DNA from: a virus
Taxonomy: Duplodnaviria; Caudoviricetes
IMG/VR virus record: IMGVR_UViG_3300031088_000782
Span: 32,001 to 96,000 of that record
Direction: 5' to 3' (one strand)
DNA length: 64,000 nucleotides
Under the pieces are notes generated by a model. That model was not told the DNA's origin. It was given only the letters and a program-made list of their open reading frames with translations, and made no database searches. Made by a program: the position numbers and the translations under genes. Position 1 is the stretch's first letter. Each line of letters begins with the position of its first letter. Of this stretch, positions 56,972 through 64,000 are shown one piece after another.

Positions 56972-59239
56972 ATGACTATTAATCTTGATAAAGAGATTAT
57001 TGAAATGTATATAGAGACAAAGAGTTTAACAAAAGTTTCGAAACATTTTAAGAGGTCTCCTGCTACTGTGAAAAGAATTTTAAGAAATAACAACGTTGCT
57101 TTAATTCCTCCTCCTTTGACTGTTCGACAAATTAATGAATTATTGGAGAAGAATAATATAACTGTGAGTGAAATTGAAAAACAGTATTCGAATAAAAGTT
57201 CTAAAGAGTTGAGATTGTGGTTGTCTGATAAAGTTGATTATTCTATTAGTCAGTCTATGATTGAAAGATTGCTGAAATTCTTGAGTATAAATAAGCCTTT
57301 TCAAAGTTTAACAACTGTTGTTGATGAGCGTTCTCAAATTTTGTTGAATGAGTGGGATTACACTAAAAACAATTGCGATATATCAGATGTTTCTATTGGT
57401 TCAAGTAAGGACTTTTGGTGGATTTGTTCTTTAGGTCATAATTTTGAAGCGAATGTTTATGATCGTTATTCTTTAGGTTATGATTGTTCTGTTTGTGCCG
57501 GAAAGATTGTTGTTGCTGGTTTTAATGATCTGCTATCAAATAATCCTGTTGTTGCTTCTGAATGGAATTATAAAAAGAACGATGATTTAAGCCCTGATAT
57601 GGTTACTACGGTTTCGGGGAAAAAGGTTTGGTGGGTTTGTAGTAAAGATAATACGCACGAATGGGAAGCTAAAATTTCTGCAAGAACGAATAAAACTACA
57701 TCTACTGGTTGTCCTTATTGCACAAATCAAAGAGTTGTAGTTGGAAAAAATGATCTGCAAACAAATTTTCCTAAAATTGCCGAAGAATGGGATTACGAAA
57801 AGAATAATGAATTAAAATCTAATCAAGTTTTTTCTAATTCTAACAAAGAGATTTGGTGGATAGGTAAGGATTGTGGGCATAGTTGGAAAAGTAGAATTTC
57901 CGATAGAATGCTTAACAGTTATGGATGTCCTTATTGTAGTGGGAAAAGAGTCTTGAAAGGGTTTAATGATCTAAGAACTACTCATGTTGATTTAGTAAAA
58001 GAGTGGGATAACGAATTAAACAATGAAAGTTTTGAAGAATGCTCATCTGGTTCTCATAAAAAAGTATTTTGGAAATGTTTTGAGAACCATTCATGGAGTG
58101 CTTCCATTAAAGATAGGGTTCGTGGGAATAATTGCCCTGTTTGCTCAGGTAGAAAACTTGTTGTTGGAGTTAATGATTTAGCTACTGTTAATCCTGATCT
58201 TGCTCTTGAGTGGGATTATGACAAGAATGGCGATTTAACGCCTCAAAATGTTACTGCTGGTGCTGATCGTAAAATCTGGTGGAAGTGCGAAAAAGAGCAT
58301 TCGTGGATCTCTGGTTTAACTAGCAGAAATTATTATCAAACTTCTTGCCCTATGTGTTCTCATTCTGGTGTTTCAAAAATGGAACAAGATTTTGGCAAAT
58401 ATTTGAAAAAGATCTACTCAGGAAACATTATTCAAAGCGACAGAACGATTTTAATGCCTAAAGAATTGGACTTTTATCTTCCTGCTTTGAATATGGCTTT
58501 TGAGTTTAATGGTCTTTATTGGCACAGTGAAGCTTCTGGCAAAGATAAAAACTACCATTATGATAAGTGGAAGAAATGTCATGATAAAGACATTCAACTG
58601 ATTACTATTTGGGAGGATGACTGGAATTTGAATCGTTCTGTTGTTGAGAAAGTTTTAGCTTATAAATTAGGCGCGTCAGAGGCAGAAAAAATTGGTGCGA
58701 GAAAGACTTATGTTGATTCCGATGTTCCTTTTAAAGATGTTGAGGAATTGTTGAATAATAATCATATTCAGGGTTCTATTTCTGGTTCTGATTATATTGG
58801 GTTGCGTTCTAAGGTTGATGATTCTTTGGTGGCTGTTATAGTACTTAGACGCTCTTTTAAGGCGACCGGAGAGCTTGATGTTGAGATTGTTCGTTATGCT
58901 ACTTCTCAAAGCGTTCAGGGCGGTTTTACTAAGCTTTTGAAACATGTTGCGAAAGAGTTTGATCCTGTGACTGTTTCTACTTTTTCTGATAATGAGATCA
59001 GTGATGGTGGATTGTATGAACGTCATGGGTTTGAAAAGGTTTATGAATTGAAACCGGATTATAAATATATTCATAATGGAGAGCGTAAGCATAAGTTTTT
59101 ATTCCGAAAAGATCGTTTTAGAGTTAATCCTGATTTATTGTTTGAAGATGGCTTAACTGAGAGTGAGCTTGCTGATTTGAATGGGTTATATAGAGTTTAT
59201 GATTCTGGAAAAACAAAATGGGTTTTAACAGAAAAATGA
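56972..59239 (+). CDS. Hef-like endonuclease with five treble-clef zinc-ribbon (DUF4379-type) repeats
   Basis: 5 copies of EW(D/N)xxxN...W(W/K/I)C..GH.W....R.....CPxC (one copy degenerate); PKELDFYLP..EFNGLYWHSE..IWEDDW; C-terminal EIVRYAT..GGFTKLLKH..GLYRVYDSGK.KW as in T4 Hef-like proteins. Confidence 0.8.
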   Translation: MTINLDKEIIEMYIETKSLTKVSKHFKRSPATVKRILRNNNVALIPPPLTVRQINELLEKNNITVSEIEKQYSNKSSKELRLWLSDKVDYSISQSMIERLLKFLSINKPFQSLTTVVDERSQILLNEWDYTKNNCDISDVSIGSSKDFWWICSLGHNFEANVYDRYSLGYDCSVCAGKIVVAGFNDLLSNNPVVASEWNYKKNDDLSPDMVTTVSGKKVWWVCSKDNTHEWEAKISARTNKTTSTGCPYCTNQRVVVGKNDLQTNFPKIAEEWDYEKNNELKSNQVFSNSNKEIWWIGKDCGHSWKSRISDRMLNSYGCPYCSGKRVLKGFNDLRTTHVDLVKEWDNELNNESFEECSSGSHKKVFWKCFENHSWSASIKDRVRGNNCPVCSGRKLVVGVNDLATVNPDLALEWDYDKNGDLTPQNVTAGADRKIWWKCEKEHSWISGLTSRNYYQTSCPMCSHSGVSKMEQDFGKYLKKIYSGNIIQSDRTILMPKELDFYLPALNMAFEFNGLYWHSEASGKDKNYHYDKWKKCHDKDIQLITIWEDDWNLNRSVVEKVLAYKLGASEAEKIGARKTYVDSDVPFKDVEELLNNNHIQGSISGSDYIGLRSKVDDSLVAVIVLRRSFKATGELDVEIVRYATSQSVQGGFTKLLKHVAKEFDPVTVSTFSDNEISDGGLYERHGFEKVYELKPDYKYIHNGERKHKFLFRKDRFRVNPDLLFEDGLTESELADLNGLYRVYDSGKTKWVLTEK

Positions 59240-59247
59240 CATTATAG

Positions 59248-59997
59248 AATTATGTTTTAATTTTTGTTGAGCCACTTGGATTGTCTAGCACAGGAAATAG
59301 CTCTACAGCTGGAAACATTGCGGCTGGGTTTGTTGATGGATTAATTGGGTTCCCTGTTGTTGAAAAAATTAGTAATTATATTTCTCCTGGTAGCGTTGAT
59401 AATTGTAGTGATGCCTATAAATATAGTGGATATGCTGGTTTTGCAGCTGGATTCATAATACCAGGTGGAGCACTTGTCAAAAGTGTTTCAGTAGCGGGTA
59501 AGATAGGTGTATTAGCTAGTAAAATAGGATCAAAAGTATCTTCTTCAATTAGCAAACGTATTGCTTTAATGAATGAAGATGGCTTTATACTAATAAAATT
59601 TAGTAAAAAAGATTTTGACAGATCTAAAATGAGCGATTTACAAGAAATAAGTAAACTAACGAGAAAAACAACGAATCAAATGAACCGAGAAATAAGAAAA
59701 AATGGTGGTAGTATATCTAATATAACTAGAGTAGACAATCCTAAAGAAATACTTGGACATAAAGAACTGCCACATGTAACATTTAAAAAGTTTAAAGATC
59801 ACGAAGTGGCTTTAAACATAGATGGATCATGGAAACATAATAAAGGAAACTACAAACCTACTAATAAGGAAATTAAATGGCTTAAAAATATGGGTTCTTA
59901 CCACCTGAAAAATAGAAACTTTGGAGACATAAATGAAAATTTTTTTACTAAGTTTTATGGATTTAATGTATGCAATATATTTCATATTAAAGTTTAA
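59248..59997 (+). pseudogene. Orphan Rhs-type C-terminal toxin remnant
   Basis: In-frame upstream of the TTG: NYVLIFVEPLGL (like the Rhs core end DPxGL). Then AAGFVDGL..VDNCSDAY pre-toxin linker and PHVTF..ALNIDGSWKH..WL tip. Probable 1-nt deletion near 59894. Confidence 0.55.
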
Positions 59998-60802
59998 TTA
60001 TAAAAAAGAGGAGATCCTTATAACTCACATAACAGAAGATAGAATTTTAGATATATTTAAATCCAATACTGATATGAGAAAAAGATATTTTTCAAATTTT
60101 AGATTAATGTTAATTGAAGATTTTTATGTTTTAACTACCATTAATACTTCTAATAATATAAAAAAAACTTACTTTAATAAAAATATAAGAAAAGAAAAGA
60201 ACTTTATTTTAGGTTCAATCGAAAAAGAATATGGTACTATCTCTCTTTACAAAAAAAACGAAAATTCTAAATTTTCGCTACATACGAGATTAAATAATAT
60301 TGATAACATTAACTATACAATTTTAGATAGAGTTCAAATGATTTTTGCGGGGGAATGCATTGACGATTTAACTTCTGATTTAGAAAGAAATCTATTTGAA
60401 TACAATTTAGATGTTTATTTTGGAAGTGCTGGGGAATGGTTGAATATTTATCCTAGTGAGATTGTTAAGGAAGAAATTGTTGAGCATAAAGATCTTATTA
60501 TTGATTTTTGCGATAAAAGAGATTTAGTGTTTTGTTATTCAGAAAAATATGAATATGACAAAAAACTTAAAAAACATGTTCAAAAAATTGATTCTATTGA
60601 TCCAAAGTTAGGATTCATTAAAAAAGAATCATTTGATGACTGGATTTCAATGGATGTATTCACACCAAAAACTATAACAAATGATGGAATTTTTTATCAA
60701 TATAGAACAGTTAGAGAAAAAGAAAAAGATGAATTTTTAATAGAACATATTTTTGTTCAACAGTTTAAAAACTTTAAAACAAAAATTAAAAACATTGAAT
60801 AA
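59933..60802 (+). CDS. Very AT-rich hypothetical protein, candidate cognate immunity protein by position
   Basis: SD ggaga at 59923; immediately follows the toxin-like tip; no recognisable motif. Confidence 0.4.
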   Translation: MKIFLLSFMDLMYAIYFILKFNYKKEEILITHITEDRILDIFKSNTDMRKRYFSNFRLMLIEDFYVLTTINTSNNIKKTYFNKNIRKEKNFILGSIEKEYGTISLYKKNENSKFSLHTRLNNIDNINYTILDRVQMIFAGECIDDLTSDLERNLFEYNLDVYFGSAGEWLNIYPSEIVKEEIVEHKDLIIDFCDKRDLVFCYSEKYEYDKKLKKHVQKIDSIDPKLGFIKKESFDDWISMDVFTPKTITNDGIFYQYRTVREKEKDEFLIEHIFVQQFKNFKTKIKNIE

Positions 60803-60863
60803 ACAAATACGAATGGTTGTTGAAAAAATTAGAAAATAGTTCAATAACCATTCGTATTTGTTT
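60801..60863. terminator. 24-bp hairpin, bidirectional terminator between convergent genes
   Basis: aaacaaatacgaatggttgttgaa / ttcaataaccattcgtatttgttt, with A/T runs on both sides. Confidence 0.8.
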
Positions 60864-60934
60864 TTTTAAAATAAGATTATAGATATGGGATGTTTTTATC
60901 CATTTGTTTTATTGTATGTGAAAGTTGATTTTTT

Positions 60935-61120
60935 TCAATTGGAGAATTTTTGATTTTTTAATCCGCCTTCTTCTCTGCAATCTTTTGTTGAAAGTTTTGA
61001 ACTGCTGATGTTGGTTTTATCATTGGAATTAATGGATGAAGCAGTTGCTTGTTGTATAGAAGAATTTGTCAATGTTAAGGATAGTATTATCAGTGATGTT
61101 ATTTTAATAATATTCTTCAT
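60935..61120 (-). CDS. Small secreted peptide (61 aa), the only credible minus-strand gene
   Basis: Strong SD AAAAGGAG on the minus strand; signal peptide MKNIIKITSLIILSLTLTNSSIQQATA-S. Confidence 0.6.
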   Translation of the reverse strand: MKNIIKITSLIILSLTLTNSSIQQATASSINSNDKTNISSSKLSTKDCREEGGLKNQKFSN

Positions 61121-61252
61121 TGCGAAAAACTCCTTTTATGATTAGAGAAACAAGATGAATAATATTTTTATATCGTTATATTTTAATTCACGTTCGATAA
61201 TTCATTTAGAAAAGATTTCATAATTGTTTAACAAATCGGTAGGAGAATAGTA

Positions 61253-62521
61253 ATGACTAAATTTCATGTGAATGTTGAGACTGGTGCCATTGGTAGGTGC
61301 GAAGCTGAAGCTGGAAACTGCCCTGTTACGGGTGAAAGCAATCATGGAGGAAATCTGCAGGAAGCGAAGCAGATTCTCGAAACTCGAATGAAAGAGAAGC
61401 ATGGTGGAAGTTTCGGGAACTCTTTGCAAAAGAAAGATAGAATTGCTGCTGTTAAGACTCGCAAATCTGTTGATGTGACTACTGATGAAATCGCAGGGCA
61501 GAAGCTTTCTAAAAGAGAAGCCGAATTCAGGTCTCGTTTTGCTGAAATGTCTGCTGATGTTGTTGCTTTGAGGGCAAAATTAGGAGATCTTTCTGTTGAT
61601 CAGGAGAAGGGGGATCCAGTTAGAGCACAAGAGTCTCTGAGAAATGCTATTTCTTTTGCTACTACTCGTGGAAACACTCATATCATGGAAAAATTGGCAA
61701 AAGCAAAAGCTATGACAACTAGTGTTATTCGCACAAACAGCGGCGATAAAATTTACTCTGATGATCTGTCTGATGTTGATAGGGCTGTGAAACACATTGA
61801 AGATGGTAGAGAATCTATCCAAGCTTCTGTTATGGCTTTGACTGATGCTCCTGTTGGAAAATATACTGAGAAAACAAAAGAGGGGACTTTCAGTATCACC
61901 GTTTCTGATGATGGAGTTAATAAAGATGAGTTTGACAAGCTTCCAGAAGATGTGAGGCAGCAGATTTCTAAGCCGAGAGAGAATTTGAGTATTGATTTAG
62001 CGCGAGATAATTTGTCGCAGGAAGATTATAATAAAATTGTTAGTCAAATTCAGGTTTTGGATTATGTAAATGGTCGACCTCGTGACATTGGATTGCAGAA
62101 TGTTCCTGTTAAAACGCAACTGTCTGGTAGTAATGACGCTGAGAAAGCACAGGATGGGGCAAGAAGTTTGGCTAATCTTTATGGAGCTTCTAAAAAACAG
62201 TTCGGGGCTAATTTCAAGGATCTGAAAAAGCAGAAAGACGAAATGTCTACTACTGTTAAACAGGCAGCTATGATCAACAGCCAGACAGAAAACACTTACA
62301 TTCCTGGTCGTTCCCGTCACAATGGTTTGATTGTCAGCGGGAGACAGAACATCAATACTAAGGTTGCTCGTGAAGTTCTGTCGAAAGAAAAACTCGATTC
62401 TATCACTAACGTCAGCCATGTCCCTGATATTGAAAAAGCAAAAGAAGTTCTTTCTGCAGAAACTTTTGATAAAATATTTAAGAATAGGAAAGTTTCTTTG
62501 AGAGTCACTGAGGCTTCTTGA
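61253..62521 (+). CDS. Hypothetical protein with N-terminal H-C-C-H motif and internal helical repeats
   Basis: FHVNVETGAIGRCEAEAGNCPVTGESNH; repeats LSIDLARDNLSQEDYNKI / INTKVAREVLSKEKLDSI / PDIEKAKEVLSAETFDKI; SD aggag. Confidence 0.65.
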   Translation: MTKFHVNVETGAIGRCEAEAGNCPVTGESNHGGNLQEAKQILETRMKEKHGGSFGNSLQKKDRIAAVKTRKSVDVTTDEIAGQKLSKREAEFRSRFAEMSADVVALRAKLGDLSVDQEKGDPVRAQESLRNAISFATTRGNTHIMEKLAKAKAMTTSVIRTNSGDKIYSDDLSDVDRAVKHIEDGRESIQASVMALTDAPVGKYTEKTKEGTFSITVSDDGVNKDEFDKLPEDVRQQISKPRENLSIDLARDNLSQEDYNKIVSQIQVLDYVNGRPRDIGLQNVPVKTQLSGSNDAEKAQDGARSLANLYGASKKQFGANFKDLKKQKDEMSTTVKQAAMINSQTENTYIPGRSRHNGLIVSGRQNINTKVAREVLSKEKLDSITNVSHVPDIEKAKEVLSAETFDKIFKNRKVSLRVTEAS

Positions 62522-62550
62522 TTTATCAATTATCGTGAAAGTTATGAAAG

Positions 62551-62820
62551 GTGAATGTTATGGAAAATGATGCATTTGTGAAGACTCTTGTTTATGATTA
62601 TGTAGATAATGGGTATGGTGAAAAAGTTGATGATTCCACTATTCGTTCTTCAGTGAATGATAATGAGTTGTCTTTTGAACCACTTGCTGATGAGGATGGA
62701 AAGACTGTTGGTATTAATGTGTTTACTAATGGTGTTATGACTGTTTCGGCTAAATACACCGATAAAGATTTTGTAGAGACAGTAAATCTTTCAGTTCTTT
62801 CAGATTTGGGTGTTCTCTGA
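62551..62820 (+). CDS. Small acidic hypothetical protein
   Basis: 89-aa ORF, SD aaggtg, likely start ATG 62560. Confidence 0.5.
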   Translation: MNVMENDAFVKTLVYDYVDNGYGEKVDDSTIRSSVNDNELSFEPLADEDGKTVGINVFTNGVMTVSAKYTDKDFVETVNLSVLSDLGVL

Positions 62821-62845
62821 CATTCCTGATTGTGTTATATTTTTT

Positions 62846-62891
62846 ATTCCCTCCGTAGATATTATTTTTATATAGTATTTGCGGAGGGAAT
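62846..62891. promoter_or_regulatory. 16-bp hairpin containing the GATAT motif upstream of the IntC operon
   Basis: attccctccgtagata / tatttgcggagggaat; GATAT at 62858, 46 nt before ATG 62904. Confidence 0.55.
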
Positions 62892-62903
62892 TTTAGGTTT
62901 AGA

Positions 62904-63767
62904 ATGAAATATTTACCGTGGAATAGATTACAGCTTGATTCTCAGCTGAACAATGGGAATCGTGTGTCTAAGCAATCTGTAAGTTTCAGTGTTTATCGAA
63001 CTTTTAAAAAGAAAATGAGCTGGACTCCGATGATTATGAACAATGGTGCAGTTTTTTATGGAGAAGATGAGACACAGATTGATGATTTTCTTGAAACTAT
63101 CCTTTCTCAATCGAAAAAATTTGAAGAGTCTGTAACGATAGCCTTATATGACTTGCGAGAGCATCAGAATAACGCTTTTGAGGCTTTAGAATCGAAGTAT
63201 CGAGTATTTGAGTATCATCCTTATAAAAGCGATTTAAAAACGCTGATAAAGGATTTTGTAATTTTCAGAAATGAGATAAAAGAGAAGACTCAGGCGTTGG
63301 GATTGGTTGAATCTCCACATAGAAAAATTTTGATTCCTATATTTTTGTTGGATAATGATCAAGTTTCTGTTTTGAGTAACGACAAGTTAAGTAAAATTTT
63401 TCAACATTTTTTAACAGAATCTTCTTTTGAGCGAATTTTTCCTTTTGTTATTGCTCCTTTTGCTGAATCTTTTCCTGAAGATATTGTTAAAGCTTTTCAA
63501 TGGTCTGCTTTTTTGGGTTCAGATAACGCTTCTGTGTGCAGAAAAAAAATATATCCTGACAAAGAGGATAGTTTTTACAGTATTCGGCAAATAGTTATTG
63601 GAACTCTTTACACACGTTTGACTGCACGATTGACAGTTATTCATCCTTATAAGTTTACTCCGTCTGAATATTATTTCAAAAAGGAGCAGCAACTCAAAGA
63701 TGAGGACGAAAATTACAATAAGTTTCTTGATATGTTAGATGATGGAACAGTTAGAGATAGGGTTTGA
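62904..63767 (+). CDS. Hypothetical alpha/beta protein, possibly a degenerate FtsK-like P-loop domain
   Basis: GAVFYGED, IALYDL, ILIPIFLLDND, RIFPFVIA follow RecA-like strand order without intact Walker motifs. Confidence 0.35.
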   Translation: MKYLPWNRLQLDSQLNNGNRVSKQSVSFSVYRTFKKKMSWTPMIMNNGAVFYGEDETQIDDFLETILSQSKKFEESVTIALYDLREHQNNAFEALESKYRVFEYHPYKSDLKTLIKDFVIFRNEIKEKTQALGLVESPHRKILIPIFLLDNDQVSVLSNDKLSKIFQHFLTESSFERIFPFVIAPFAESFPEDIVKAFQWSAFLGSDNASVCRKKIYPDKEDSFYSIRQIVIGTLYTRLTARLTVIHPYKFTPSEYYFKKEQQLKDEDENYNKFLDMLDDGTVRDRV

Positions 63768-63769
63768 AA

Positions 63770-64000
63770 ATGAGTATGAAAAAGTTTGGGGATTTAGAGG
63801 TCGGTGACGTTATTCTTGGTGCTGATAATCAAGATGTTGAGGTTGTCAAAGTTTATGATGAACATATTCCCGAAAAAATGTATGAGATTGAACTGGATAA
63901 TGGTGAGGTTGTTAAAGCTTCTGGAAATCATCTCTGGTATGTTGAAACAGATTTTGATAAAAGTTTTCATAGAGAGCGAAAAAGGCTGGGCAAAAAACAT
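63770..64000 (+). CDS. Start of the split-intein C-fragment gene (partial; not in the ORF track)
   Basis: Own translation: MSMKKFGDLEVGDVILGADNQDVEVVKVYDEHIPEKMYEIELDNGEVVKASGNHLWYVETDF..., i.e. intein N2 region and block B with no block A; open to the window end. Confidence 0.8.
   Translation, partial: MSMKKFGDLEVGDVILGADNQDVEVVKVYDEHIPEKMYEIELDNGEVVKASGNHLWYVETDFDKSFHRERKRLGKKH

Noticed and set aside
769-59092. Many 60-200 aa ORFs on the minus strand or nested in alternative + frames in the supplied track
   Set aside because: They lie inside long, motif-bearing + strand genes, lack SD sequences, and show the Ser/Phe/Leu bias expected of shadow frames of acidic or Lys-rich proteins.
1-64000. 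CRISPR array, tRNA, rRNA, IS transposase, integrase, capsid or terminase genes
   Set aside because: No regularly spaced repeat-spacer units, cloverleaf signatures or diagnostic protein motifs were recognised by eye; a dedicated scan could still find small RNAs.

Overview
AT-rich window (roughly one-third GC by eye) with almost every gene on the + strand. It looks like part of a large conjugative extrachromosomal element (megaplasmid- or ICE-like). It encodes a dispersed Gram-positive-type transfer system: VirD4-like coupling protein, TcpC-, TcpD- and VirB4-N-like proteins, three giant VirB6/TcpH-like paralogs and a lysozyme-NlpC/P60 hydrolase. It also carries Tad-pilus parts (TadA, TadE/G-like), three divergent sigma-70-like proteins, two HU-like proteins, SSB, an SbcC-like ATPase, PhoH2 and a DivIVA-like protein. 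No capsid, terminase, rRNA, tRNA or CRISPR array was recognised. Main discovery: an FtsK/TcpA-like ATPase gene that appears fractured inside an atypically split intein. The N-gene (54429-55853) stops 15 residues into intein block A, right after the Walker A Lys. The matching intein remainder starts about 7.9 kb downstream at 63770, in an ORF absent from the supplied track that runs off the window end. Between the halves lie two Vsr/Hef-like endonucleases, an orphan Rhs toxin tip and other cargo. Both halves, and about a dozen other genes, have a GATAT motif 41-55 nt upstream of the start, a candidate promoter class. TadA carries a separate class 3 (W-C-T) intein beginning with Glu. All family assignments come from motif recognition by eye, not database searches.
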